DNA from: the human T2T-CHM13v2.0 reference genome, Homo sapiens
NCBI RefSeq assembly: GCF_009914755.1
Contig: NC_060947.1
Strand: one strand, 5' to 3'
Length of the DNA stretch: 64,000 nucleotides
Positions within the stretch are counted from its first letter, which is position 1. Each line of letters starts with the position of its first letter. Shown piece by piece: positions 29,787 through 43,584 of this stretch. Below the pieces are notes generated by a model. That model saw only the letters and a list, made by a program, of their open reading frames with translations. It made no database searches and was not told the origin of the DNA. The position numbers were made by a program, and so were the translations under genes.

Positions 29787-31255
29787 GAAATTTTTTAAAA
29801 AGAAAAAACACTACTGTCCTTTACCCCAGAGGGTGGGACAAGCAGAGTCTATGATTTCTCTCTCACTTAAACCCTGAGGCTCCTCTGCAATGACAGTTGT
29901 CCAGTGGGCTGCTGCTTTTTTTCCCCTTTAATGCATAAGTTTGTGCTTAAATATTAAACACTCCTAGGAGGTTAAGGAAAGGAGTATTAGAAGAAAAAAA
30001 ATCCTTATTCCTTTCATCCTTGACACGGGCCAAGAGTACATCTTTATACTTCAGAAGCATGGGAAATTACCCCAAATTATCAGTGAAACCAGTAACTATA
30101 ACAATAAATAGGCAAATATAGAGGATTTAAAAAGATGATTGCTGATTACCAAAAATTTGTGGCAAAACACTTACTTTTAAGGAATAGGAGAATGATATAC
30201 ATTTAGATATTCATTTACAAATAACTTTAACAGCCAACTTTAGGCTCCGTTTTTAGCTCTATCATAAAGAACAGTGTTGTTCAGCCTTGGTCTTTGTGAG
30301 AAGAGGTTAGTCTGATAGGTAGTTTCAAGCAAATTTAGTATTATGTTGTAAGGTAAGATGTTGAGACTAAGCCACATGAGAAAAACAGCAAAAATGAAAT
30401 AGTCATCTCTCTTCAGAAAAGCTCTGGAAGGACAGTTATTTCCTCTTCAATTCTGATGAAAGCTATTCCCCCCCACCCCCGGTTGTTTCTGCCAAGAAAA
30501 GATTTCCTACCATGGTGGCTGGAAGCAGTAATTAGACTCCTCCCTCAGGATGCTGCCCTCTTACTCAGCTGCCCTCTCTTAATCAGCAGCGAAGTCAAGT
30601 CCCAAATTAACTGACAGGAGGAGCCAGTGGTCTCTTCTGGGGTTTGTCACAATGAACCAACCTTAGATCCCCATTGTAAGGATCTCACTCATTAGAAAAT
30701 GTTTGAACTGGTTTCTAACAGCTGATAATGATTTATAGAGTATGTTCTGATGACTTTAAAATATGGCTGGATCTAATGTTGTATTTTTCAATACAGATGA
30801 AGTTTAAGCAGTTGGTCATTTTAAAAAGACCAGATTTGAGGAGTTGGATGTGCAAATTAATTGAATTATACAATGTGTGCAATATTATTTTGAATGGAAA
30901 GTTGGATGTTATAAAACTGAAAATAAAGAAAAAATACAATCTTTTTGTAGCGGAGATCCAGAAGTCTTTTTTGATTGAACTGCATTATAAAGTAGTTTCA
31001 TATTAAGAAAAGCTTCTTTCACTACACACTTAACATGAAAATATAACGAAATTTTGATACCTAGCAAGCTAAAAGCCTCCCTGAAGTTTCCACCCAGAAA
31101 ATAGCATATTGAAGGGAAAAGTATAAAATTACTCTAATAGAAGGGATGAAACAGATCATGACAATTAAAAGGATGCGCATGTAATAATTAGGTCCAGACA
31201 TATGCACGAGAGGATAATGAAATAACTGGGGGAGGGGTGAATTAGAAGGAAGTAC

Positions 31256-31427
31256 CGTATTGTCGGATATCCACACAGATCTGCTCCACACCCGTGGTCC
31301 CGTTGGTCTGCGGTGACTTGATGACTTCACAAGTTGACCATATGTTGTAGAACATAAACACGGGCACCGCTGAGAAACCAAACACACCCAGCCAGGCCAC
31401 TCCAAGCACATAGGTGAGGAAAACGAA
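31256..31427 (-). CDS. GPM6B: GPM6B exon 5 (172 nt), TM3 plus extracellular loop
   Basis: minus ttggcctag|TTC GTT TTC...TAC G|gtactt; FVFLTYVLGVAWLGVFGFSAVPVFMFYNIWSTCEVIKSPQTNGTTGVEQICVDIRQY (NGT sequon). Confidence 0.97.
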
Positions 31428-32738
31428 CTAGGCCAAAACAAGAGGAAGGACAATCATCACTGAAACAGGTAGATGTGTGTCCCCTAAGTGGAAGGATTGT
31501 GCATTTTCAGGCCCAATACTGACCTGTGGAACACATTGTGGGGACCCTCGCCCCGGCATTGGTAGCAAGAAGGAAAAGCCAGCACGGGAGCAGGGGAAGT
31601 AAGAGCCAGCCACATTCCCCAGAGCTAGAGGATCTAGAATTGGAGTGCCCGAAGCAATGTCAGGGCCTTTCGGGTCACTCTTAACTAACAAGGACAGGAG
31701 ACCCCAAGAGGTGATCTCACTCATCCAAGGTCACAGAGCTAATCAGTGGCAGCCTCTCAAGAGGTGCTCTTTCTAAATAGCCGTTCTGAAAATGCAGAAC
31801 ATGCTACTTAACATGGGATAGATTCTGGATGTATTCCATATACCACTGAATTATAACTTCATATTAATTTCTCAAAAGTTACCTTTATTTTTCGTAACAG
31901 GTTGGCTCACAGAGAATAGCAATTGCCACAAGAAGCCCTCTCAAAAAGAACTTTGCTAGTTTCCTGATTCTGCAAAATTACCAAAAGTTTCAAATAATCA
32001 CGAATACAAGCTTAATGCTCGATCTATAAAATTCTCATTTTCCTCTACTTTTCTTTTGTCTCTAAGATTCACAGCAGCTTTGCAAGCAAAGCAACGGCTT
32101 AGGGAAAAAGCTTCAGGTGTTCACCCACACACTGTCATGGGCAATCCAGGAAGAATAGAATCCCGTTGCTTGGCTTTCCTCTGCCTTGACCACTTTTCAG
32201 AGAGCTTTGTGAGGCGGCCTCAAAAACGTGGTATTTGTGTTCTCAGAAGGCGCGCCCACAGAGGGTGTGGAGTGCTAGTTTGGCTTTTCTATTTTGAAGC
32301 TGATGGTGGAGACCTGATGGTCACCCCTAACTTTCTGTGCTGCAGGAGATACCTGGGCGGTTGGAGGCCACCTCCTGATGGTCACAATGCCAGGAAACTG
32401 CAGAAACGAGACACTTTCCCTTGCACTGCAAGGAAGCATTTGCATCTCCAAAAATATTCAGAGAAGCAGATTTCAGCAGTTCCACCTCCCACTTCCTCCC
32501 ACTGCTGCTCCAGACTAGGTTTCTTTCCCTTCAAAAGAAAACAGGACCTGAGCAGGAGGGAGCTGGTGGTTCTTGGCTTCAGTGAGCCTTCCCTTCTGTC
32601 AGAGGCCAGGACTCCAGAGGGAAGGCCACTGTCCCCCTCCCAGAGGTCCCCGCTGCGAGCTGGCCCTGTCATGGAGGCCTCTAGCGTCCAGAGCTGCTTC
32701 CTCAGTGAGTTCCTGGGCACAAACCTCCCACACAGGAC

Positions 32739-33352
32739 TACGAAAGAAAAATCTCCAGACCCCCAAATCACTAAGCCAAAGGGAAAAGTCAAGCTGGGAA
32801 CTGCGACAGGCAAATCCCCCATTCTATTCCTAAACAAGATAGCACAAAGATAAAGCTACATACCTCCCTCACAATTTGCCCACAAGGAAATTCCTCGTGG
32901 ACAAAGGACAGAGCTCAAAGTCATCCCTCTGAGGCTCATGTGAGACAAATGCATATCTGATTGCTTCCTCTGCCCTGTCTTTTCACCAAGCCAGACCAGG
33001 CATAAGTGACTATTCCTCTACCCTCCTCTCCCATGTGAATTGTATATTCAATGAAAGGCTAATCAGAGACCCAAAAGAATGCAACCAGTTGTCTCTCACC
33101 TACTTGTGACCTGGAAGCCCCCTCCCTGCTTCGAGTTGTCCCCACCTTTCTGGACGGAACCAATGTACATCTTACATTCATTGATAAATGTCTCACGTCT
33201 CCCTAAAATGTATAAAACCAAGCTGTGCCCTGACCACCTTGGGCCCATGTTGTCCGGACCTCCTGAGGCTGTGTCATGGGTGCATCCTTAACTTTGGCAA
33301 AATAAACTTTCTAAATTGGCTGATACCTGTTTCAGATACTTTTGGGTTCACA
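32739..33352 (+). mobile_element. ERV1 solo LTR (MER4A-like) with GGAC TSD
   Basis: aagggaaaagtcaagctgggaactgc...TATAAAA...AATAAA(33301)...gggttcaca; GGAC at 32735-32738 and 33353-33356. Confidence 0.88.
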
Positions 33353-34085
33353 GGACTGAGGAGACAAAGGCCTTTGGTGATGGAGTGGCAGCTTTGCTTC
33401 CCTAGCGGGCAGATCTCATCCACCTTCTCCACCTCACATGACTTTCTGTCCTGTTTCTGTCCCCAGCATCCTCAGCCCTGCCCCGTCACCTGCATCTTCC
33501 TCACACCCTCCAAGGCAGGTCAGCATTGTGATCTGTTAAGCGTATGGATGAAACGGAAGCACATGAGGTGCCAGTGGCCAGAGATGCAGACAGCGCATGA
33601 ATGACTGGCAATGAAATCAAGCAAGATGGTCAAGCTCCTCTCCAGTCTAAGGGGGCTTTCGACTTTCTCCAACAAAATCTGACATAAGAGCTAAAAGCGG
33701 GCCATGCTAGGTGGGCTGTGGATCCCTCACAGTGTCCCCATCTCTAGGTGAAGTGCCACTAGCTCAAGTACAAACAAGCTCCTCTCCTCTCCACCATGTA
33801 CTGTGTCCTGACCAATGCTCAAAGGATCCAAATATGTTAAACATCAGGCAGTGGATGACTTAATGCTGTGCCCTGGTGGAAACTAGACCTCTATTTTTGA
33901 AACTTGATGGGTAGAAGTGAGGGGGAAAGCTGTCATTTTAAAGCTGTGAGGAGATGTTTTTGGTTTTTTTTTCCTTTGGAGGAGGATTCCCACTATTTGT
34001 GGCTATTTTCCCTCTGCTTTCCACAGGCATTTTATTTAACAGCTGCCTCCTTCCCCTACAAAAGTAACCATTCCCCTGACTTGTA

Positions 34086-34226
34086 CAGGAGGCTGAGGCA
34101 GGAGAATCGCTTGAACCCGGGAGGCAGAGGTTGCAGTTAGTGGAGATCGCGACACTGCCCTCCCCAGCCTTGGAGACAGAGTGATGCTCCGTCTCAAAAA
34201 AAAAAAAAAAAGAAAAAAAAAAAAAA
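34086..34226 (+). mobile_element. Alu right arm only
   Basis: ggaggctgaggcaggagaatcgcttgaacccgg...poly-A. Confidence 0.85.
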
Positions 34227-34803
34227 TTCTTGGCTCTTGAGCTGTACAAAAACAGGTAGTAGGTCAAATTTGGCCCACAGCCCCTAGTTTGCTAACCCCT
34301 GTCTTAGACTATAAGCTGCTTGAGAAAGCAGCCTGTGTTTTAATCTTTGCACCTCTAGTGGCTAGCAAAGCCCAGCTAGGCGCTCTGTACAGCAGGTACT
34401 GGTAAGTATTTACAGAAGGATCAGGACGATTTTCCATGGTTCATGTATGTCTTTATGGCTATGATCCATATTTAAAGACAACCAAAGGGGAGCACTGAGA
34501 CCACATGAAAGTTACCTCCTTCTATAGTGGGAACTTGGCATTTGAAAAATCTTCAGCACCCTTTTCACCTTTACACTGATGAAAACATTTGATTTATTTC
34601 TGCCAGCCATAGACTTTAGTTTACTATCAATAGCATGTTGAAGGTTTTTATAGTCCTAACTCTAAATTGGTAAAGCCAATATTTGTGTCATGGACCCTCC
34701 ATTCACGCTCGATACCTGGTAGCTTTTGCCAAATACAAGGAAATACATCAAGGCATGGCTCTGGTTGTATATCAAACAATCAGTTATCAGAGGTTCAACT
34801 CAC

Positions 34804-34960
34804 CATTCCACTGATGCATCGGCCACAAGCGGTTGTTTTAAACTCACCGTGCAGTTCTTTCACTGCACTTGTGGTGTAAAAGCCTTCTGCCAACAGAATG
34901 ATCCCATACAAGAAGAAAAAGGACGCAATTCCATAGATGACATACTGCATCAGTTGTATC
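34804..34960 (-). CDS. GPM6B: GPM6B exon 4 (157 nt), TM2 plus cytoplasmic loop
   Basis: minus ctttgtag|G ATA CAA...GGA ATG|gtgagt; [52 protein letters not shown]. Confidence 0.97.
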
Positions 34961-36230
34961 CTACAAAGAGAAGAAGAGATCCTGAACCATTAAATTCACT
35001 GCCTGGTAGTGACTACGTTTCTGGACGCTGGAGAGAGGACATGAGGGGGATGTTCCTGTGAGTGCGTCACTCGCCCCACTGATGGCTTTGATGGACTTGT
35101 GGGGCATCCTGGGCGGCATCCCTGCCCATGTCCCAGCAACCTGGGCCTTCCTTCCAAGGTGGGAATGATGTTTCCTTTGCTCAGGGCAGCATCCAGTTGT
35201 AATCTTTTAATCCTTACCTGAGTCCTGGGCGGCAAGGGTTAGAATCCTCATTTTGCACATAAGTAAAACACAGGCATTGAGGAGTTAAGCTCCTCATCGG
35301 AGGATACACAGTTAGTGGCAAAGCCAGCATCTGAACCCTGGCCCAATGGACAACATGTTCTTTCTGCCCTTTCAAAATGCCTCCCAACCAGGCCTAGTGG
35401 TTAATGTCACTCTGATAAAACCCCTAAGTAGGCACTCAGGGCTTCTTTAGGGGGTAATCTGGGGAGATGTCTTTTGCACTGTGACTCCCACCACACAAAT
35501 AGTAGTAGGTCGAGTAGGTTTAAGATACAGAAAGTTAATTCACAATGCAGTTTGTCCCACAAAAGCTAACAAAGACAAATGACATGTCCTCAGCCTTCGG
35601 CTGCCCACTGGAATCACCTGGGGAGCTTGGAAAATACTGGTACCTGGATCCCGCCCCCAGAGATTATGTCCTAATTGGTCTGGGGTAAGGCATGGGGATT
35701 TTCTTAAAGCTTCTCAGAAGTTTGAGAGCCACAGACTGAGATCACTACCTAATTAAATCAACACACCTTTCCCAGGTTCAGTCTTGGTAAACATTTCTTC
35801 TTTGCACATAGTTGGAACTCAGTGAGTCCCCTGTCCTGCTTGAGCCCTCCTTATAATCTCCCCAACCTGTGTTCATTTCTTTGGAGGTCATTTGTGAACA
35901 GATAAGAAAGAATAAAATTCCCTAAGGACTGAAGAGTCTCCAACATGACTCCATGACCATTCCATAAAAATTCATTCATGTCTTTTTCAGTCTGGTGAAG
36001 AAGTTTCTTATAATCATAAGACACACTAACACTGGAACTTTGGGATTCAAGGGAAGAAAAAGAAACGGTAGAAGGAAATGGAGAAAGGGGAAGACATGTG
36101 AAGGAAATAAGTAGATTGCTGCTGAGCTTGCACAGCTACAAGAATCTATGTGTGGGAGTCACTGCGACTCCATTGAGAATGTTTCCAGAAAGAAAGGCAG
36201 AGATCTGCTGCTAAACCCCTGGACCTTCCT

Positions 36231-36303
36231 CTCTTCTGCAATGGAGGATGCCCTGGGATCTGCTCTTCTGCAATGGAGGATGCCCTGGGATCTGCTCTTC
36301 TGC
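36231..36303. repeat. 32-bp tandem repeat, about 2.3 copies
   Basis: ctcttctgcaatggaggatgccctgggatctg twice, identical, plus ctcttctgc. Confidence 0.95.
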
Positions 36304-36723
36304 TGGAAGAGTTAATGTTAAAATACTGCTCCTGTAGGCTTAGAGTTGGGGTCAGTCCTCAACAGGGCTCCTACCATTCCAGGGATGGTCACTTCCTGGG
36401 AGAAAGCTGGAGGCATCTGTTACTTGGGAACAACACAATTCTGTTGAGACAATCGGCAGCATCACCTATCACCATGTCACAGCTCCCCATGTCCACAGCT
36501 ACCATGTGTGGAGTGTCCTATGTGTGCACCTTACCATTCCCAAGTAACATTCCACCCTGGGGCCTAAACAGCTACCATATTCTAGGCCCTTTCTTTTTCC
36601 TTCTCTCATGAACCTTTTTCTAACTACATAAAGTGAGCTTTAAGTAAAAGCATTCATCTTCTGCTAGGAAAGCACACTGTAGTCTTTCTGAAAAACATCA
36701 TGAGGTGGTTGCATCTCAGATAC

Positions 36724-37026
36724 TTTTTTTTTAAACAAAGTATCACTCTGTCACCCAGGCTGGAGTGCAGTGTTGCCATCTCGGCTCACCAGCTCACCGC
36801 AACATCCACCTCCTGGGTTCAACTGGTTCTCCTGCCTCAGCCTCCCAAGTAGCTAGGATTACAGGCACGCACCACCACGCCCAGCTAAATTTTTTTTTGT
36901 ATTTTTAGTAGAGGTGGCGTTTCACCATGTTGGCCAGGCTGGTCTTGAACTCCTGACTTCAGGTGATCTGCCTGCCTCAGCCTCCCAAATTGCTGGGATG
37001 ACAGGCATGAGCCACCACGCCAGGCC
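36724..37026 (-). mobile_element. Alu (AluS-like), about 35 nt from the GPM6B exon 3 donor
   Basis: antisense Alu sequence on plus. Confidence 0.9.
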
Positions 37027-37060
37027 TTAGATGCATTTTTAAAGGGAACCGGATACTTAC

Positions 37061-37247
37061 ACCTCGCTCAGCAAGGCATGGTCACTGGCGTTGGTGGAGA
37101 AGTGTTGCTCAAGAATCGCCACGGTGCCTGCGAGAGCCACATGCCCACAGCCGCAGAATAAGGCCACCCCGGAGAAGCAGAGGATGGTGGCCACCAGGGA
37201 GGCGTAGGGGACTCCTCCCAGACACTTGATGCAGCATTCAAAGCAGC
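37061..37247 (-). CDS. GPM6B: GPM6B exon 3 (187 nt), TM1
   Basis: minus ggttcag|GC TGC TTT...GAG GT|gtaagt; [38 protein letters not shown], the PLP-family signature. Confidence 0.98.
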
Positions 37248-38476
37248 CTGAACCCAAAGGAGAGAAAATATAGCCGTTATGGGCAAGAACACCTCTGGTC
37301 TTCAAGAATACCCCATATTCACAGAGAAGGCTTACAATTTTCCATCTCCCCTCTCAGGCTCTATGGTTAATATTAATACTTCGACATCCCAAGGGCCAGT
37401 GTGGTAGTTACCGTGATCTCACATTCTGCGGTGAGGACCCTGAGGCTCCAAAAGGGAATGTAACTTAATTTGCTCAGAATCTGGAAGGGTAGTGAATGGC
37501 AGAGCAGTCAATTGACAAAGAGTTATAAGGTAGTTACAGTTCTAGAGCTTCCTGATCGACTGAGTGGTGGGGGGAGCCCCGCTCAAGTGCCAACAAGAAG
37601 CACTCATTCCACTAACACAGTCAAAAGAGAGGACAGCAGTGAAGCTGCAGCTCTGTGAAGAAAAGCAACAGTCAGGTCGTCTCCAGCCTCACAGTTCTGG
37701 GGTTTCAATACGTCTGCTGCTGTGGCAACCAACGGCTTTCCCCAAGCCCTGGACCTCCGGGGCAACTGGGAGAATCTGATACAGCAATTATGCCGTCGCC
37801 AGGTTCAAACAAATAGCAAGGTGATTGTTTTGGAAAGGTCACAGGTATTTTGGTCCATAATTCAGTGAAGAACAAAGTCACCAAGAGCCACTCAAGTGGG
37901 TCTACTCAAGTTTCATTCAAGTTGACATCAGAAATTATCTCAAATTTTTAATAAAAATGCTTCCCCCCAGCCCAGTCAGCCCAAGCAATTCATTCACAGT
38001 CCTCCTCCTCCCCGGCTTCCACCTGCCCCCTTCCCCGACACACACGTTCAGAGTCAGAACCCAGAACTGGTGGGTGATATTTAAGTACTTGAAGGAGAAA
38101 AAAGAACAGAAGAAAAAAACAAAACCAAAATGAACATCCATGAAGTGGAATGAAGGAGAGACAGCCGTAAGTCACTCTTAATCTTGAAAAGACGAGACTT
38201 GTATTCATTTTTAAAATAAACTTTTACTTGAGATGTCCATAAAGACCTGCCTCAGGGGCAGAGCCAGGTGACGTTTTCAGTTTGGAGACATTTACGTTTC
38301 AGTAAAGGCAGCACTGGCCTCAGGATAATGTCAGTACCTCTCCTAACCTCCTGTCTCTGTTTATATTATCCAGACCCTTAAGTAAATGGCTTGTCGGGGA
38401 AATTGAACTTTAAACGCATTATGGTGTTTAGCAGCAATCAAGGGCACTTCATTACTTTAGGGCAAGCACATTAAGC

Positions 38477-38480
<4 letters not shown>

Positions 38481-38516
<36 letters not shown>
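38481..38516. repeat. poly(A)36 tract with no Alu body
   Basis: uninterrupted A run. Confidence 0.9.
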
Positions 38517-38520
<4 letters not shown>

Positions 38521-38802
38521 CCAAATGGTCTTCATAGTTGTCATGGAATGACAACCCAGCATAAAACACCATAGATGAATGTTTTCATTTTAGTGAGCAT
38601 TCCTTTTAAACTAGCATTCGCTTAAACCTATGGAAAGTGACTATGAAAACTCATTACTAGATTTCTCTTTAGTTCATTAGAAAATAAAAAATATCAGGGC
38701 TTCATAAGAAAGCTGTGCTTCCTTTAATTTCAAAAGATGAGCAGCTGTTTTTAGGAAGACCAACTTCCCTGAAGTGGATTGGGGAAACTATATAAAATGG
38801 GA

Positions 38803-39017
38803 ACCATCCTGGCTAACACAGTAAAACCCCGTCTCTACTAAAAATACAAAAAATTAGCCGGGTGTGGTGGTGGGCACCTGTAGTCCCAGCTACTTGGGAG
38901 GCTGAGGCAAGGGAATCGCTTGAACCCAGGAGGAAGAGGTTGCGGTGAGCCGAGATTGCGCCACTGAACTTCCAGCCTGGGCGACAGAGCAAGACTCCGT
39001 CTCAAAAAAAGAAAAAG
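38803..39017 (+). mobile_element. 5'-truncated Alu (AluY/Sc-like) with TSD
   Basis: begins at accatcctggctaac; flanked by aaaatgggaacca / aaaaagggaacca. Confidence 0.88.
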
Positions 39018-39385
39018 GGAACCAGTGCACAATATGGTTCAAGTTCACTAGCAAGTCAGTATCTTAAAGAGCTTCAGACACTTGGGATTTGTGAGCAGAG
39101 ATGTTAGAGCTCAATCTTATTTTGTCACATGACTTTCTGGGGACTGAGGTGAGAGGAATGCAACTCAAAGTCCAAATTCTCTCCAGGTTCCCAAACTAAG
39201 AGAAACTAGAATCCTTGGCCTTGACGTATCTCATTATAAAGAGAAAACAGACATGGGTATTGTATCATCCACAACCTCCCCACATTCTCAGCCTCTATGA
39301 TCATGTTAAGAAAAAGATGAATGCCTGCTTTCCTGGCTAACAAAGTTGTATCTGGTTCTTAAAGGATAAAGATGTGAGGCCTTGG

Positions 39386-39570
39386 GGCTGTGTGGTCCAA
39401 AATGGTAGCCACTAAGACATGTAGCTATTTACGTTTATTTAAAATTAAATAAAATGAAAATTTCAGGTCCTCTGTTGCACAAACCACATTTCATATGCTC
39501 AAAAGCCACATGGACTAGTAGCTACCGTATTGGACAACACAGATATAGGACATTTCATCATCACAGAACA
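39386..39570. mobile_element. MER3/MER33-like hAT element
   Basis: gtccaaaatggtagccacta...agccacatggactagtagctaccgtattggaca internal inverted repeats. Confidence 0.7.
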
Positions 39571-40940
39571 CACTGCTTTGGAAGATACATTTTGAATTGT
39601 CACATATTTGATTTTCTATAACCCAGGAGCTGGGTTCTAACTGGGTTTTCTGTTGGATTTCATTAATTCAGTATTTTGTGAAGACCTACTGGGTGCCAAG
39701 TACACAAAACTGAAATAAGATACCTTTCTGGCTTCAAGATAAATCCAATACTGCAGGCAGACAAGTAACACAATTATTATAGTCCAGCATGATGGGGGCA
39801 AAGATACAGACCCCTGCAGAGCCAGTGGAAAGAGAGTGGAGAGAAGGGGGACAGGGAAGATCAGAAGGGCAAATAATTCATACTGGATGGGTCCTTCTAC
39901 AGAAAGATCTAGTATCCAGAATACTTAAACAGCTGATGTGGTGACACTGATATATAACCAGATAAAATTGTTCATTAATTCTCTGTGTGTATATATAGAT
40001 GTATACATCTATATATATTTTTAAACTAAACCCACACCCTTTTTCATCATTTGGAGTTAGGGTTAGGTGTTATGGTGCAGCACACTCGCCCTTTAACGAT
40101 AGAACTCATCCTTCCAAATCCACAGTTGCCACTTCAAACGGTCTTTCATCCAAATGGTTAGAGCATTCCAAAGAAATATCACAGCTCTCCCAGGCTCAAA
40201 AAGCCAAGTGGGGTTAGAAGAATGATGCTGTTCAATCCCAAATTCAATACTAGATCAAAGCTAAAGTTTCCCTCCAATTTATATCTCTCAAGGACTCTGT
40301 ATATACCTCATGCTGTGGATCTAGTTTTATAACAGCAGGGAAAACCAGGAACTCAAGAATTTGGGGGATCACTTCAATGAATCATGCTCTCTCAGCAGAT
40401 GCCAATGCTCTTAGGTTTTCAGCAGATGATTTTATTTGTGGCTGTAGGAACCCTGGCTCCTATAGAACAGAAATCACCATCTTTGCTCCACTGGCACAGA
40501 TAAAACTCTTACGGACTGTGCCAGCCAACATGACTAGAAGCTAGTGACATAAAATATGGGAAAAATTTATAGGACATAATACAGCTGGATGTAGAGCTTA
40601 TTCTAGCTTGGTTGACCAGTTATCTTCAGGGTTAAGATTGCATGTGTGGTAGATATCCAACAATCTATAAATGGATCGCTCTCCACTGTATCTTCTATGT
40701 CAGTATAGAAGCCACCTCTGGTCACAGTGTGCATGATATCTTTGAACACTGGGCAATTTAGTCACATATCACACACTCATCCTAGAGGAACCAAAACTGC
40801 TGCAAAAAGTTAGTAAGAAAAAGCTAAATGTGTTTATTTAGGAGCTAGAGGATATAGGTAATATAGGAGCTAGACCACCTAGGGCTTTCCAGGCCACCTT
40901 AAGAATTCTGGACTTTATCTTCAAAATCATGGGAAGCCTT

Positions 40941-41593
<653 letters not shown>

Positions 41594-42646
41594 CTGCCAG
41601 GGAGCATTTTTAAGCATGGGAAACAGATTGGGGTTGTGAAAGATCACTCTGGATGATGTGAAGGGATATATGGATCTGTAGCTGAGAAGAGCTGAACTTG
41701 GATGCTGGCAGCTTCTACTGGGCAACAAGGAAAACTATCAGAGGTCAAGAAAAGATATGAGTGGACCATTTGTCATTTGTCAATTCCATGTGCTTTGCAA
41801 AGTGTGTTCATTGGACCAGCAGTGTCAGCTTCAGCAGGGAGGAACTTGTGAGAAATAAAGAATGTTGGAAGTGACCCCAGACTGAGTCAGAATCTGCATT
41901 TTAACAAGGCCTCTGGGGTGATTTGTGTGCACATGAAAATTTGAGAAGCCCATTTCTAGTCAACAGTGGCATCTTCCCGGTCTCAGGTGTGGCATCCTGA
42001 GTCTGTTTGAAGTGCCTGCTTTCATATTCGATGGTGTGTGATGTTTTTTCTCTAAGACGTGGCCCACTGGGTTTGGCCATAACCCTCCAGTCACTTGTGA
42101 ATCAAATGGCAAGTTCCAAGGACTACAGTTAAGAAAAACAAAATGTTCCAAGTTGTCCAGCCGTCTTGAAAAGAGTGCAGCTAGAGTGCATTTTTGTGAG
42201 CCAAACAAGTACTGTTAACCTTGGAATTTTTCATGCTTTAGTGTCATGCCATAGACAGGGTCTGAGAAGACGGGAATTGAGTCACCTGAGAAAGCAGATT
42301 TCTAAACACACACACTCCAACCACCCCCTAAAGTGCTGGGAGTGCCTGTGCACAAAAAGGAAGTAGATCTGGGATTCAGGCTGTCCTTAGTAGTCATAGG
42401 CAAGCTGATGTTTTTAAATATAGGGGTGGTGCCAAGTACCAGCAGAACACCATGCTGTTAAAAGTTTACGATAGCTAAGGAAGATCAGTGCTTTTCTTGG
42501 ATGCTCCTATAAATCCACAGACTGAATTTTCCCAAGCTTCAAACCAGCAATGACAACATTGGGTAACGTGAACGAGAAAAAATAAGGAAAGCATTTTTTT
42601 GATGACTGTGATGTATTCATGTAAAAAAATAATAATCAATGCCAGG

Positions 42647-42866
42647 TTTTTTTTTTTTCTTTCTTTCCTGAGAAAGAGTCTCACTCTATTGCCCAGGCTG
42701 GAGTGAGTGGTGTGATCTCCGCTCACTGCAGCCTCAACCTCCTGGGTTCAAGTGAGTCTTATGCCTCAGCCTCCCTAGTAGCTGGCATTACAGGCACATG
42801 CCACCACATCCAGCTAATTTTTTGTATTTTTAGTACAGACGGGGTCTTGCCATGTTGGCCAGGCTA
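42647..42866 (-). mobile_element. 5'-truncated Alu with TSD
   Basis: flanked by aatgccaggtttt / aatgccaggcttt. Confidence 0.85.
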
Positions 42867-43584
42867 GAATGCCAGGCTTTCTAGCACATTTTACTAGTAA
42901 TTCTCAATACCTCTCACCAAACCCTAAAAGCCTCTGTTGGGCTGTCTTATGCCTTCATTTAGCTGGCCTCTGGATAAAAAGAATTTTAGGTTTTGATTCA
43001 CACAAAAATTACAGTGTACATTAGCCTAAGACAGTTTAAATATAAGCCATGTAGTAGGGAAAAAAAAAATACACATCAATGCCTTTAAGTCTCAAAGGCT
43101 ATTTTGTCTCCAGTATCCCTAGAACCTTTTGTGCAGAACAACAGAATAAAACACCTTTTGTCCTCAGGCTTGTGGATGGCCGTTGCCATGGCTGTGAGTT
43201 CATAATGGCCAAGTGATTTGCCCAAGTTGTCTGTGATCTTGGCTGCAGATTTAATGCTGGCTCAGACGTAGGGCTGGCAGGAACAAGGGCTCAGATTCTT
43301 CCCCAGGGAATGAATGTCACACATACATACACACACACACACACCCTCCCAAACACCCCCCAACAAACACCACACAAAAAAACCACCCCCTTACCTCTCT
43401 ACATGGGGCCTTCCTTGCTATATTACTGATTCCTAATGAGCCACAAAATTAAAAAGAAAAGATGCAGGAACCAAGCTTTACAACTTTCAAGCAACAAGCA
43501 ATGGGAAAATGGAGAGGGCGAAAATCCTAAGAGAAGCAGCAGTGAATGTCAGTGGACAGAAGCTTCCCTGATTCTGAGCTGGCC

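Noticed and set aside
32056-32853. 265-aa ORF as a standalone gene
   Set aside because: Starts at TTG, has no recognisable domain, ends inside an LTR and is antisense in an intron; kept only as a conditional spliced-exon hypothesis
34780-34803. PLP-style exon 3B read-through extension of GPM6B exon 4
   Set aside because: The intron reads GTG AGT TGA, a stop after two codons
36231-36303. 32-bp repeat as CRISPR-like array
   Set aside because: No spacers, only two copies, eukaryotic intron
38481-38516. poly(A)36 as the tail of a processed pseudogene
   Set aside because: No upstream homologous body or convincing TSD recognised
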